A program made the position numbers and the translations under genes. A DNA stretch of 64,000 bases from positions 19,406,001-19,470,000 of the forward strand of contig OX597830.1 in the NCBI GenBank assembly GCA_951406725.2, read 5' to 3'. Every line of letters begins with the position of its first letter. The stretch's first letter is position 1. Of this stretch, positions 12,401 to 27,829 are shown piece after piece. Source of the stretch: Octopus vulgaris. Its lineage: Eukaryota. The notes under the pieces are model-generated. The model searched no databases, was not told the DNA's origin, and saw only the letters and a program-made list of their open reading frames with translations.

Positions 12401-13658
12401 GTGTTTGTGTGTGTGTGTGTGTGTTTAATCTTTTTACTGGAATTTTCTTGGAGATATTATATACTGAACCAAATCACAACGTTGGACTCTTTAGCCTGAA
12501 TGTAAAATGTTGAGCAGCTATGGTTTATTTTCAACTGAAAAGTGGAGGGGAAAAAATGAGGCAAAAAAGCCTAAACATAACGCTATACTTGTTCTGCAGT
12601 AAAATTGAATGAACAATATTTTTCAGTGAAAGAATCTTCTGAACAACTTGAAACATGGCATAATTTCATTAACTAATATTAACACTTCACCCTATCATCT
12701 ATACTCATACATTTTTCCTTGCTCGAATATCAACTCACTGGGATTTCATTCTCAGCACATGAACTTACAATTGTACGAATGATAAGAGCATTCATATTGA
12801 GTTCACTGGTCATTGAGGACTTGCAAAGCTTATAAAGGCAAACACTTTCTTCTGACAAAAACAGTGAAAAGAAAAACAAACTTATTTTGCTCATAAAAAA
12901 AAAAGGAAAGACACCAGATCAAATCTTCACCAATTCTTTTATTACCATATTTCTATTGAAATATATTGTCTTTGGTTTGGTTATTTTTGAAAATATTGAA
13001 AACTTTTAACCAAAATAACTTTTTTCTTTTTGTTGTATCTTGGAAGAGTTGTTATGCCAATCATAATAACACATACACTGGGTCAATTCCACTTCTTTCT
13101 TGTTAGTCATTTGGTTGAATATGTAACCATCTAACTAATCAAGCTTTTGTTTAATGTGCTCGTCAAACAATTGATTGGCTGTATGTTAGTCAAAGTTCTT
13201 TCATTGGTGGTCTCCACCTTTTCAGTGACTTGGTGATTTCCTCTCTCACTCTGAGGTCTGTAAGGTCTGCCCTTGTTATTATTATTGCTATTATTATTGG
13301 TGTAACCACTCTCCCAACACACAACAAAGTTTGTTTCAACACACAAATTCACATCAAGAATCTTGCAAAACAAATACAACTTCGTCATTATTGTTTTGGT
13401 TGAAGCAAAAGCTAACATGGAATCTTGATGGAAGATTTTAATTTAGTTCACTTTAGTACAGAAAGATTGTGTCATAAAATCAGGGGTGATCTCAGATATG
13501 TCGTTATCCAAAGGATTAATTTAATTAAAACGTTAATTTTTTTTTAAATTGAAAAAAAAATGTTTTTTAAATTTTTAAATATTATTATTATTATTATTAT
13601 TACTAGTATTGTTGTTATACATACATACATACAAGCATACGTAATAATAATAATAATG

Positions 13659-13716
<58 letters not shown>

Positions 13717-14860
13717 GTGGATGTAAACACATGAACAAAATAAGAATAAACAAAAGCAAATTACACAAACTTATATAAACAGAAGATACAAATATTACAG
13801 GCATTCCCCCCCCCCACACACACTAACTAAACATAGACGCACATAGAGATATACGCATGCGCAAATGAAGACACATACAATAGAAATACAAAATGGCTGA
13901 CAATTAGTAAGGAGAGACACACAAATAAGAAAGAAGAAAGCAAAGGACCACTGATGCTGTCACAGGAGTGTGACGAAAGAACTCTGGTCGAAATAAGATT
14001 AAGTTTAATGTAAAAAATAAATAACACTGAAGCAAAGTAACACCAAATATATAGTGCGTGTGTTTTTATTGGCTAAACTGGCAAAATGACCATTCCGAAA
14101 TACAACAGTAACTTCATTATAAAGTTGAGCAAAAAAATGCTTGATGAACGAAATTAAATATTGATTGATTTTTAAAATCCAAATTGTGACCTACCCTCAT
14201 TGAAGAACTTATCAAACATAGATTTGTTGATGGTTTTAAGTGATGAAAGCGATGCAGTAACTACTTAAAATAAAATGTCTTTCTGGATTATTTTTTTTTC
14301 CTGCTACTTTCCAGTAAAAGAAAAACGAATCCTGCAAGGAATACACTAAACATCATTTACTAACATGTCTAATATGACCGGATTAAAAGGAAAAATTATT
14401 TTATGAATACACATACATCAAATATCTGATAAATGCTATGTCTAACTAATTAGTGTTTTTACCCGAAAAGAGTTTTCACTTTTTGGACAAACATCTTTTA
14501 AAAAAACAATCTTTACAAAAAAAAAGCAAAAAGAGAAAATTCTTCAATTATTGACTTTTAAAATTATCAGTGCAATTTTTGTCTTTTGGAGTCTAAAAGG
14601 CATTTCATAAACAATATTCTGCAAGTGGGAAATGTGACATTTCCATACATGCCATCTCTGAAGAGCACAAGTATTAGATAACCATTCAGTCTACTAATAT
14701 CCAGTGCAAAATTAATTGATGAAATCGGCTGTAAGGGATCTATAATACTGAATACTTTGATTAATTCTATAATTGTTGATATGTTGTAAGCTTCTCACAG
14801 AATGTTATGTTGTTGTTCCTTTATCATGCAATAAATACACGATTACAATAACTAACACAA
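12201..14860 (+). other. Probable 3' UTR of gene A
   Basis: About 2.6 kb after the stop with no recognisable transposons, unlike the flanks; AATAAA at 14830-14835 shortly before repeats resume at 14910. End point is a guess. Confidence 0.4.
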
Positions 14861-14909
14861 ATCTAAACAACAACAACAAACATATTTTTTTGTAATAAAT
14901 CATTATATT

Positions 14910-15123
14910 AAGGCGGTGAGCTTGCAGAAACGTTAGCATGCCGGACGAAATGCTTAGCAGTATTTCATCTGTCTTTACGTTCTGAGTTCAAATTCTGCCA
15001 AGGTCGACTTTGCCTTTCATCCTTTTGGGGTCAATAAATTAAGTACCAGCTGCGTACTGAGGTTAATCTAATCAACTGGCCCCCTCCAACAAAATTTCGG
15101 GCTTTGTGCCTTGAGTAGAAAAG
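14910..15123 (+). mobile_element. tRNA-derived SINE, family 3, with 16-bp target-site duplication
   Basis: aataaatcattatatt at 14894-14909 and 15124-15139; B box gagttcaaattc; related copies at about 39460-39660 and 39971-40108. Confidence 0.85.
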
Positions 15124-15519
15124 AATAAATCATTATATTTGTAAAAGAAATTTTATTTTATATAATATCTTTATTGAAGTTTAGTATCAAAATATTTCAT
15201 TCATTTTTTATTTGTTTCAGTAATTTGACTGTGGCCATGCTGGGGCAGTACCTTTTTAGTTTAACAGATTGGCCCCAGTACTTGTGTATGTTTTTCTTTT
15301 TAAGCCTGGTACTTATTCTACAAGTCTTTTCTACCAAGCCCCTAAGGTATGAGGATGTAAACAAACCAACGTAGCTTATCAAGCACCCACACATACCAGA
15401 ATGGCAAATGGATATTAAATGATGATGACAATGAATTCCAGTTTGGTTCTAAGCTTGGAATTTACTTTATAAAGTGATGGATTGCTTCATTGATGACATA
15501 TTTAAAAATCCGTTCCTAT

Positions 15520-16130
15520 CCCTAAAATTTATATAAACATTAACAAGGAGAATGGAGTGAGTAACTTGTTTGACTGCATGATTGAAGAATTGTTTCATCG
15601 ATACTCAAACTTCTGGTAGAGCATTGAGGGATCTGAGTTGCTCGCTCTGTTCTCCATGTTGACAGGCTTCCATAGAATTTCTGTGTACCAAGTTCACTCG
15701 CGTAAACGGAGAAATTCCAACATATATTCTGAAACAATCCTATTTCTCCATCAGATGACAACACACGTGCTCTGGTCTTCTCGTAGGTCTTTGCAAAGGC
15801 AAGAAATAGTTCTTCTGGATTGTCACATGCTCAAAAGAATCTTCAACATTTTGTAACGATGAATGCTATCAAATGCTTCCCTGAAATCCATGAAGCTTAT
15901 AATGACAGGTAGCTGTTTCGATTCAACTCCTATGATACACATCAGGGCTAACATCTGAGATGTTGTGGTCTAAATCCATTTTGATTTGGTCTCAGATGGT
16001 TATCAGGTGCCTGGTGAGGATCATCCGGTTGATGACTTTGGGCAAGATGTTGGACAGTGAAATTCCTATGTAGTTAGTTTCATTGTTGAGGTTTCCTGAC
16101 TTTGGGATTAGCATCAAGTCAATATCGGAT
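15520..16130 (-). mobile_element. Degenerate RTE-like reverse transcriptase fragment
   Basis: Minus strand: NYIGISLSNILPKVINRMIL..RPNQNGFRP..FMDFREAFDSI with stops and frameshifts. Confidence 0.65.
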
Positions 16131-16340
16131 CAGTTTTCAATGCCTCACTGAAATAAAAAAGTTTACAATGGCAATCACTGCTTAGTCATACGTTGGAAGA
16201 AGGAATTTGAACTGGAGACAATTAACTTTTCTTTTATTAATCTCTTTATCTGTCTTTATATACACACACATACACACACACTCCCAGTTACATTTTTAGG
16301 AGTGCTCCGTTGTTTTTGTTTGTCTGTCATTCCATCTTGT

Positions 16341-17074
16341 CAGCCCTTGCTCAAACCATCCAACCTATGCCAGCATGGACAATGGACGTTAAACAATGAT
16401 ACCGACGATGATGAGGATTTATATATATATATGTACAGAGGTTAGACAAAATAATAGAAACACCTTAAAATTTCAAACAAATTTATTTTAATATGGGATA
16501 GGACCACCTTTAGGTGTAATCACAGCTTAAATTCTACAAGGTATGGACTCCTACAAAGTTTGAATTGTTTCCAAAGCAATTTTTGTCCATTCTTCAGCTA
16601 AAACAGCCTCCAGTTCTTGTAGTGGTGATAGTGGAGGATATTAACTCCTTACTTGTTTTTCTAAAATGCACCATAAATGTTCAATAATAATGAGATCTGG
16701 GGACTGTCAGCCCTTGCTCAAACCATCCAACCCATGCCAGCATGGACAATGGACGTTAAACAATGATACCGACGATGATGAGGATTTATATATATATATG
16801 TACAGAGGTTAGACAAAATAATAGAAACACCTTAAAATTTCAAACAAATTTATTTTAATATGGGATAGGACCACCTTTATGTGTAATCACAGCTTGAATT
16901 CTACAAGGTATGGACTCCTACAAAGTTTGAATTGTTTCCAAAGCAATTTTTGTCCATTCTTCAGCTAAAACAGCCTCCAGTTCTTGTAGTGGTGATAGTG
17001 GAGGATATTAACTCCTTACTTGTTTTTCTAAAATGCACCATAAATGTTCAATAATAGTGAGATCTGGGGACTGT
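16341..17074. repeat. 367-bp tandem duplication (16341-16707 / 16708-17074)
   Basis: Near-identical copies spanning an RTE tail, (TA)n and the Tc1 terminus; tgt microhomology at the junction. Confidence 0.9.
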
Positions 17075-17950
17075 GGTGGCCAAATAAGATGTTCAACTTC
17101 ACCAGAATGTTCCTCGTGCCATTCAGTAACAACTTCAGCGGTGTGAATTGGTGCATTATCATCCTGAAAGATTGCGTTTCCCTCCGGAAACAGTTCCACA
17201 ACCATAGGATGAATTTGATCAGATAAAATGCTTAAATAGTCTCGACTATTAATTCTGCCATGAAGGAAAACCATTGGGCAGACGGATTTCCAAGATATAG
17301 CCCCACACCCCAATCATCACAAATCCCCCTCCATGTTTAACAGTCTGGGTCAAATGCTTCTTTTGGCTGTCTCCACACGTATACTCGGCCGGTGGTCAGA
17401 AATAAGGTAATATCATTCTTCCACTGCTCTAGAGACCAATTCTGTAGGTTTTACTCCACTCTAAATGCTTTGCGACGTCCGTTTTTGAAAGTAGGGGTTT
17501 TCTGATTGCAGCCCTCCAGTGAAATCTGGCTTTGTGCAGTTCCCGACAAACAGTTTTTGTGGAAACTGGGTTCTCGAGGTGGTCATTAATCCCTGCAGTA
17601 ATTTTGGGAGCTGTAGTTTTGTGAGCCTTTCTAACAATTCGCATAAGAGTCCGACAGTCCCTATCAGAAAGTTTTGGTTTTCTTCCGGAGTTTTGTTTCA
17701 ACGAGGAGGTTTTTCCCACTTTCTCAAAGGCTGTCATTACTTTCGAGACAGTACTTCTTGATGCATCAAACATTTCAGGTGTTTTCATAACGCTAGTGCT
17801 TGCCATACGAGCACCAACAATTTGACCTCGTTGAAAGTCCGATAGATCTGTCATTTTAATGAATTTTAATTACCTTTTTCTGATGATATCAGAAAAGAAA
17901 CAGCAATTTTAGCAAGACATATTAAGCAACAATAATAATAAATAAAAAAA
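16803..17950 (-). mobile_element. Tc1-family transposon, frameshifted transposase, one end missing
   Basis: LSDFQRGQIVG..SGRKPKLS HTH region; FQDDNAPIH..WPPQSPDLTIIEHLW DDE region; TA-cagaggttagacaaaataatagaaacacc terminus. Confidence 0.9.
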
Positions 17951-18120
17951 CATCCCCGCCAACAATACATAGAAAGACAGTACCAGATCAAGTGCTTGTG
18001 TTGCAAATACCAAGTGAGCTTGTTAAACACATATATCCGTTATATCAATGATCCAGTTCTTAAAGTTGAATGGGATGAAGACGGATTAGAGAAGCAAAGT
18101 CAAGAATCAAGATGTTTTAA

Positions 18121-18339
18121 CCCTTTAGCATTCATGCTATTCTGTCAAATATAATATTGATGTATTCCAAATTGTTTTACATTAATCATGTGTTACCTGG
18201 GAGCCATGAGATGTTGATGAGGTAAATTAATTTTTAGAATGACATTGTAGGGTTGATGTGAAAGGCCAGATCTGGTTGGTTTGAACATAAACCAGGCAGA
18301 ATATTTCGGATGGATATGGCTGGTTTAAATGCTAGAGGG
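18121..18339. mobile_element. piggyBac-like MITE
   Basis: TTAA on both sides, TIRs ccctttagcatt / aatgctagaggg; partial second copy at about 45305-45480. Confidence 0.8.
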
Positions 18340-18712
18340 TTAAAGGAGGAATTTACCAAAGACGAAAAAGTTTTAGTCAACAAGAAAGAAGACAGAACTT
18401 TATTGCCATCAAGGCAGTGACAATGCCCAAAATGTTTGAAGGGATTCTGTGCAGTGAACCCAGCATAAACTATGGGTAAACTACAAGAGTTGAAGTGAGA
18501 TCACAAGTAGGCTGAGAGAGAAGACAGACTTTGTATGCAGCAGAATGTGTAATGCCAGTATGTATGAGTATCAGAACATGTGCTGAGGGAAAGAATTAGG
18601 TACGAAAGTAATTTGATGTGATGTGGTGGAGAGATTATATAATGAACTCATTGTATACGGTGCTCTGGTGCACAACTCATGAGAAACAGTACCCAAAAGT
18701 ACAGGAACAGTA

Positions 18713-19217
18713 CCGTAAATCTTCGAGTATAGTCCGCCCTTGAGTATAATACGCAAGAGATTTTTAGGGGGCTGTGCTTCTGAAAAACCTAAACCTTGTG
18801 TATAATACACACCTCTTCTCTAATCTGAGTCACGCATAATTAAGCCAGCAGCACCTAGTCGAACAAACACTTCCGTGCATGCGTAATACAATAATGGTGG
18901 TGTTCTTAACTGTTATATGGGAATGTAAATGTTTGCAAATTGTGTTTGTTACATGTTATTCTATGTTCTGAATACTTTTATTTTAATAAATGTTGCTCAC
19001 TGCAAGTTATGGATGATTCTTTTATGACTTCATTGCTTTCAGGCTTAACTTGATGTATTTTCGCGTCCGACATCACAAAATGCGTCGGAATAAGCATTGA
19101 GGCTCGGACATTGCTTAGAAAATATTTTTCACTTTTAACCTCGTATGTAGTACACACTAGTGATTTTGATCCTTAAATTTTGGGGGAAAAATGCGGATTA
19201 TACTCGAGGATTTACAG
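18713..19217. mobile_element. pogo/Tigger-like MITE
   Basis: TA flanks, TIRs ccgtaaatcttcgagtatagtccgc / gcggattatactcgaggatttacag. Confidence 0.82.
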
Positions 19218-19784
19218 TACATAGAATATGCACAGGAAGTGAACAGTGAAAAAGTCTTTAAAAGAAAAGGGAGGTAAGGGTCATCAGGTGTAGAATACTG
19301 AGCTTGTAGAGATATGTGATACATTTAGGGATGATGGATGGGAGTAAATTAGTAGCAAAAGGATCCAAACAGAAGAAGTACGCAAAACAGAGGAAGACTA
19401 AGGAAGACATGGGTAGAAATGGAGAAGGATGATCTCGGGAGGTTGAACGTCTGAACGTCATGAAGGAAGTAGAAAAAGTTGCAGCAAGTGGCACGTAATA
19501 AACTGTACTTGGCCAACAATAAGGATAGCAGAGGGGTGTAACTAGGTGGGTACAGATAGGAGATGTACACAACTTACTAGTTCAAGGGTGGCATGAAGTA
19601 TTGTGGTAGTGGTAGACAAGACAAAGAAAGTATAAGCATGGGAAAATGGACATAAAATAATTATATACACACACACATACATACATATATATGAAATAGA
19701 TATATGCGTGTTTGTGTGTGTGTGTATATATATGTATATATATATATATATGACATGATAAGATATATATATATATATATAACA

Positions 19785-20020
19785 CCATTTAAGCATGGCT
19801 GTTGCCTGTACTGCCTGACTGGCCCTTGTGCCGGTGGCATGTAAAAGCACCCACTACACTCTCGGAGTGGTTGGCGTTAGGAAGGGCATCCAGCAGTAGA
19901 AACTCTGCCAGATCAAGACTGGAGCCTGGTGCAACCATCTGGTTCACCAGTCCTCAGTCAAATTGTCCAACCCATGCTAGCAGGAAAGTGGACATTAAAC
20001 AATGATGATGATGATAATGA
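19785..20020 (+). mobile_element. RTE LINE 3' UTR fragment
   Basis: Same family as 2686-3069, (gat)n tail. Confidence 0.75.
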
Positions 20021-20139
20021 TATGTTCATAAATGAGTCCAACCCATGCCAGCTTGGAAAGCGGACATTAAATGATGATGATCAGACAGATATTCTCCCTA
20101 TAGAATACACTTCATAGTGCTCAATAGGTTTAAATTTGA

Positions 20140-20598
20140 GCAGTAAATATAAGGGTAAGCAAGTTAGTCAAGTCAATATACAAAATATATTAAATACATT
20201 TAATACAAAAAAAATGTACATATGTTTACATATAAAAAGGTCCAACTTACACAGAACAGAAATGATAGGAATTAAAGGGGTCGAATAAGAGTTTTACAAC
20301 TCGAACAGCTGTTTCTGGGGGCTTAATGGTTCAAAATAATGACTGTAAATTGATTCCATCATTGGATAATACCAGCCTCTGTCTTCAGGGAAGAATTTTA
20401 CATATGAGGTGTTTACAGAAAGGAGATTAAAGAATCTTTATCCAATGATAAAGAATCTATCATCTGATGATGGAATCAATTTTATTCCTGATATCATTTT
20501 CATTGTGTGAGTTTGAACTTTTTATATGTAAACATATGTACATTTTTTATATTAAATGTATTTAAGGAGTAACCTGCCTATCTTTACATTTACTCCTT
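20140..20598. mobile_element. PLE-derived inverted-repeat element with hammerhead
   Basis: About 20190-20270 is the reverse complement of about 20485-20565; hammerhead motif between the arms. Confidence 0.55.
20299..20393 (-). ncRNA. Hammerhead ribozyme motif, long stem II, imperfect stem I
   Basis: Minus strand: CUGAAGA c-agaggcu...agcccc-ca GAAAC AGCU GUU; lies inside an inverted-repeat element. Confidence 0.5.
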
Positions 20599-20605
20599 AT
20601 ATACA

Positions 20606-20695
<90 letters not shown>

Positions 20696-20696
20696 A

Positions 20697-21890
<1,194 letters not shown>

Positions 21891-21964
21891 ATTACTTTTT
21901 AAAGTTATCTCTACAGCACTGACTTATAAGCCTTTAATATACTTTGATACTTTGCAGTATATTC

Positions 21965-23540
21965 ATCATCATCATCATCATCATTTAACGTCCGCTTTCC
22001 ATGCTAGCATGGATTGGACGGTTCAACTGGGGTCTGGGAAGCCAGAAGGCTGCACCAGGGCCAGTCTGATCTGGCAGTGTTTCTACGGCTGGATGCCCTT
22101 CCTAACGCCAACCACTCCATGAGTGTAGTTGGTGCTTTTTATGTGCCACTGACACAGGTGCCAGACAAGGCTGGCAACGGCCATAATCGGATGGTGCTTT
22201 TTACGTGCCACCGGCATGGCGGCCAGATTAGGTGGCGCTGGCAACGGTCACGTTCAGATGGTTCTCTTATGTGCCACCGGCACTGGTATCACAACTACAG
22301 TTTCCATTGATGTTGATCGATTTCGATTTTCACTTGCCTCAACAGGTCTTCACAAGTAGAGTTTTGTGTCCCAAGAAGGAAAGGTATGCATAAGTGGACT
22401 GGCTACATCCCATGTAGAGGCCACGGGTTATGGTCTCACAGGTTTTCCTGGGTCTACCTTTTCCACAGGTTCCCTCAACCTCTAGGATGTGGCACTTTTT
22501 CCCACAACTATCTTCAGCCATTCTCGTCACATGACCATACCAGCGCAAACGTCTCTTTTGCACACCACAACTGAGGCTTCTTAGGTTCAACTTTTCTCTC
22601 AAGGTACTTACACTCTGTCGAGTATGAACACTGACATTACACATCCATCGGAGCATACTGGCTTCATTTCTTGTGAGCTTACGCATATCCTCAGCAGTCA
22701 CGGCTCATGTTTCACTGCCATGTAGCATGGCTGTTCGTACACATGCATCATACAGTCTGCCTTTTACTCTGAGCGAGAGGCCTTTTGTCACCAGCAGAGG
22801 TAAGAGCTTTCTGAACTTTGCCCAGGCTATTCTTACTCTAGCAGTTACACTTTCAGCAAACCTGCCCCCGCTACTGACTTGGTCACCTAGGTAACGGAAG
22901 CTATCAAGTATTTCTAGTTTTTCTCCCTGGAATGTGGTGGAAGTTGGTCTCTGTGCATTTTCAGTGTTTATTGCTCCTGAGCATCTGCCACATACAAAAA
23001 CTATCTTCCCAGTTAGCCTTCCTTTGACATTGCTGTACTTCTTATGTGTCCATAGCTTACACTTTGTGCATCTTATAGAGTTTCTACCTACGCCTTTTCT
23101 ACAGATTGAGCAGGGCCATCAACCTGAAGGTGTTTGTGATTTGTCTACCTTCCTACTTATTAGGACTTTGGTTTTAGCTAGGTTGACTCTAAGGCCCTTC
23201 GATTCTAATCCTTGCTTCCACACCTGAAACTTCTCCTCCAGTTCTGATAGTGATTCAGCAATTAGAGCAAGGTCATCAGCATAGAGGAGCTCCCAGGGGC
23301 AACCTGTCTTGAATTCCTCCGTAATTGCCTGGAGGACTATGATAAATAGGAGGGGGCTGAGTACTGAACCCTGGTGGACCCCTACTTCTACCCGGAATTC
23401 TTCACTGTACTCGTTGCCAACCCTCACCTTACTAACAGTGTTCCTGTACATGGCTTGCACAGCTCTCATTAACCATTCATCTATCCCTAGTTTCCTCATT
23501 GACCACCAGATAAGGGATCGGGGGACCCTGTCAAAGGCTT
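21965..23540 (-). mobile_element. RTE LINE, 5'-truncated, RT C-terminal half plus 3' UTR
   Basis: GVHQGSVLSPLLF, LYADDL, LRWYGHV, GRPRKT motifs; (cat)n tail. Confidence 0.93.
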
Positions 23541-24164
23541 TCCATCATCATCATCATTGCTTAGCATCCATCTTCAAAATATGTAAATTTTGGGGACTAA
23601 TGGGTCAATTAGTATGATAAGTAAAACACATTCATAGTTTAGTGTCATCCATGGTTGGGTTATGTTTCCACTGGAATCCCGCAGTGTTAGTTGAGATAAT
23701 AATAATTAATGAAGGAAAGAGAAGATAGACTTAGCACTAGTCTTTATTCAGTACAACAATCATTTCAACGCATCCTGCAACTGTCTATTATAGGTAGGAT
23801 TTTGTGCATGTAGCTGTGCTGCATCAATCTGCACAGTTTGTGTCACATCAGGTACATACATAAAGAAGCGGGTGTCTCATTAGATATACTGAAATGTCCT
23901 AGGCATATTGCTCATGCCTGCTGTATTTTGGTTATATATATGAGGTGAAGTCAGAAATTATCAACATATCTTTATTATTGTGACACTGCCTTTTGCACAT
24001 GCATGCTTATAGTTGGTCATGTGATCGAAGTTTGAGTCTGATTGTGCTATTTTTCTTTCTGACTTTACAGTTTAAACGTGGCCACTCCACTAGCAATGTG
24101 CACCAAAGAAGAACAAAAAGCAGTGATCCAATTTCTCTGGAAAAGAGGTGTACGATCAACAGTG

Positions 24165-25455
24165 GAAGATACAGTGCTTTGCTAGCTAACAAACTGAATG
24201 GAAGCAAGGTCTAGAATCAAAGGGCCTTAGAGTTAGCCTAGAAATAACCAAAGCCTTAGTAAGTAGGAAGGCAGAAAAATCACAAATCCCTTCAAGTAGA
24301 TGGCCCTGCACAATCTGTAGAAAAGGTGTAGGTAGAAACTCCATAAGATGCACCCATAAAAGGTGCTGGGAAGGTTAACAGGGAAACTAACTTTTTGTAT
24401 GTGGAAGGTGTACAGGTACAATAAATGCCAAAAATGTGCAGAAAATAGACTCTGTCAACTGCCAGTGGGGCAAGCTAGAGGTAGTAGATAGCTTCTGTTA
24501 TCTAGGTGATCAAGTTAGTAGTGAAAGTGGATGCTCCGAGAGCATAGCTGTGAGAATAAGATTAGGCTGGGCAAAGTTCAGAGAGCTCTAACCTCTGCTG
24601 GAAACAAAGGGCTTCCCTTTCAGAGTGAAAGGCAAATTGTTTGATGTCTGTGTGTGAACTGCTATGCAGCATAGCAGTGAAACATGGACCTATAACAGCT
24701 GCGGGTATGTGTAGGCTTTACTGGATGTGTAATGTCAGTGTGCATGTTCTACAGAGTGTAAGCATCTTGAGAGAAAAGTTAGGCATAAGAAGCATCAGAT
24801 GTGGTGTGCAAGAGAGATGACTGTGCTGGTATGGTCATGTGATGTGTATGGATGAGAACAGCTGTGAAGAGAAGTGCTGATCTCTAACTTTGGAGGGAAC
24901 CTGTGGTAGAGATAGACCCAGGAATACATGAGACGAGGTAGTGACACATGATCTTTGAACTTTGAGCTTCACAGGTGCAATGACTGGTGACTGAGACCTT
25001 TGGTGATGTGCTGTGCTTGAGAGGACCTGTCAAGCCAAGTGCACCCATGCTGGTGGCATGCAAAGAACATCTTTTGAAGCAAAGTGGCTGAGTTCCTTTC
25101 GAGTGTTGAGCCTAACGGAGGCAAAGTGGCTGAGTTCCTTTTGAGTGTTGGGCCTCAGGGAGGCAATGACTTAGACCTTTGGCATTATGTCATGCTTGAG
25201 AAGAAGACCCATCAAGACGAGCAAAATTACAGTTGTGGAAGATACTGGTGTCACACAAATTGGCACCCGTGTCAGTGGTGCATAAACGCACGTGTTAGGA
25301 AGGGCATCCAGCTATAGAAAACCATCCAGCCGTAAAAAAACCATTCAGCTGTAGAAAACCACATCAGACTGGAGTCTGGCGTAGCCATCCAGCATGTCAG
25401 CTCAGTCAAACTGTACAACCCATGCCAGCATGGACATGTTAAATGATGATGATCT
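24165..25455 (+). mobile_element. RTE LINE, degenerate copy of the same family
   Basis: ggaagcaaggtctagaatcaaagggccttagagtta matches the reverse complement of about 23185-23220; many stops; (gat)n tail. Confidence 0.85.
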
Positions 25456-26126
25456 GAAGGTTCATGGCCTAGTCGTTAGGATGTTAAGCTATCGATCATA
25501 GGTTGTTGGTTCAATTTCTAGGCCAAGTAACATGTTATTATACCCTTGAGCAATGCATTTCATTTCATGTTGCTCCAGTGCCTACTGTGTGTTGGTATAG
25601 CTCTCCCTCCCTGTGGCGGTCACCGCTTCTTTGATCCAATGAATTTAAACAAGAATGTGCTGAGAAGGTGTCTGTGTCTGCTGTTATGATTGTGCTGTTG
25701 TCACAAACAATTAGTGAAAGAATCATATAAGTTATTAGGTCATACTCACTTGTGTGTAAAGCCTATGGTTATCATATATATAATATATGTGTGTGTATGT
25801 GTGTATGTATGTATACATGAATATATGTACATATATATATGTGTGTGAGTGTCTTATTGTGTACATTTGTGGAAGACATATGACACAACACTAAGATGTA
25901 TATAACTGATTTTCTTTACACGTCATATATATCCATAAAAGCTTGGTATCAGCTGTCTTGATCAGGAAATGCTAAGCACTGTGTATGTATGGCTGGATGA
26001 TGTGGTTGCATGTGTGTGCTAATGTACATATATATATATATATGGACTCCGTGTGGGCTATGGACTCCGTGTGGGCAGTCATCTAAAAGTTTTTGTTCAT
26101 CATGATGCTGACATAAGTTCCTTGTC

Positions 26127-26207
26127 TTTCCTGATGAGAAGGCGGCATAATGCACCTCTTATTCCTTCGAAATTAGGAATATGCAGTCTTCAAAACATAT
26201 GTCGAGA
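26127..26207 (+). ncRNA. Hammerhead ribozyme motif, catalytically mutated (G12>A)
   Basis: tttc-CTGATGA-gaagg...tcttc-aAAAC-ATAT-GTC-gaga; same family and same downstream tail as 58633-58714. Confidence 0.7.
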
Positions 26208-26254
26208 ATAAAGGAATTTTGTTAAATCGTCCTTCAACTCCATTCTTTCATTTA

Positions 26255-26296
<42 letters not shown>

Positions 26297-26356
26297 TTTA
26301 TGTTTATGCACTACAATATCAGTAAAAATCGCCACCACCTCCAACATCACTTCTAC

Positions 26357-26940
26357 CATCATCATCATCATCATCATTTCTATGTCCAAGATTTCCTGCT
26401 TGCATTAGTTGGACATGTTGCCTCTAGCAAAACGTTTCTTTGCTACCTATTGTCCCTTGTCGTCAACTCCCACATGAGATCAGCTTTCATCACTTTCACC
26501 CATATCTTCTTTGGCAATCTTCTTCTGCAGGTTCCTTCCATCCGGATTTCTTGGCCCTTCTTTACCCAGTTGTCATCTTCCACATGCGTCACATGTCTGT
26601 ACCAGTAGAGTCTCCTTTCTTGCACTTAACATTGGATTCCTCATACACCAAGTCTTTTTCTCAGCTCGTTTCTGCTCTGTCATTCACGCACACTAACATT
26701 ACACATTCTGCAGAGCATGGTTTCCTTATTTCTTTCCATCTTTCATGTATCTTCTGCATATAATGCCATTCTTTCATTCCTATGTAACATTGCACTTTAT
26801 GCATAAACATTATACAGTCTATCATAAAATGGAAAGAGAAACCTCTTGTTGCCTGCTGTGCTAATAGCTCTCTGAACTTTGCCCACCACGGTTACTATAT
26901 TTTCAGGACACTCAGCCCCTCTGTTAATAAGTCATCTTAA
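26357..26940 (-). mobile_element. Degenerate RTE LINE 3' fragment
   Basis: QERRLYWYRHVTHVEDDNWVKK..EGTCRRRLPKKIW; (cat)n tail. Confidence 0.7.
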
Positions 26941-27026
26941 TTATCAGCTAGAGTCACCAAATACAGCTGTTTGAGCATTTGGAAGACATTTTCCCACTGG
27001 TGATCTAACTGTTAATTACTCCTGTA

Positions 27027-27343
27027 TTCTTTGTAAGCCTAGCACTCATTCTATCGATCTCTTTTGCCAAACTGCTAAGTTACAGGGATGTAAACACACC
27101 AGCATCAGTTGTCAAGCGAAGTTGGGGGGACAGACACAGACACACAAACACAAACACACATATAGACATGTACATATATATGACGGGCTTCTTTCAGTTT
27201 CCATCTACCAAATCCACTCACAAGGCTTTGGTCGGCCTAAGGCTGTAGCAGAGGACACTTGCCCAAGATGCCACGCAGTGGGACTGAACCTGGAACCATG
27301 TGGTTGGTTAGCAAGCTTCTTACCACACAGCCACTCCTACGCC
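27027..27343 (-). mobile_element. tRNA-derived SINE, family 1 (octopus-type, central microsatellite)
   Basis: Head ggcgtaggagtggctgtgtggtaag..ggttcagtccc; many copies in the window. Confidence 0.85.
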
Positions 27344-27469
27344 TATAAATTTTGGGAAAAAAGTGCAGATTATACGTGAGGATTTACAGTAAACAGATAT
27401 ATGGGAAAGGAAACTGTCGATGGAGGTAGAGTAACATGTGTATGTTTGCCTGTGTGTTTGTGTGTATGG

Positions 27470-27518
<49 letters not shown>

Positions 27519-27613
27519 TGTGTGTGTGTGAGTATTCAGAAAAAAAGAATGCCAAGGAACAAAAAGAGCAAAGGAAGTTAGTCAGAAAATATGAGTATGA
27601 GTATGGATAAATA

Positions 27614-27790
27614 AGTGGCTGTGAGGTATGTAGCTTGCTTACGAACCACATGGTTCCGGGTTCAGTCCTACTGCGTGGCACCTTGGACAAGTGTCTTCAA
27701 CTATAGCCTTGGACTGACCAAAGCCTTGTGAGTGGATTTGGTAGAGGGAAACTGAAAGAAGCCCATCGTATATATGTTTATATATATATA

Positions 27791-27829
<39 letters not shown>

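Noticed and set aside
17880-17897. CTGATGA-TATCA-GAAA
   Set aside because: Too short for a stem II loop, no stem I or III; lies in the Tc1 leader
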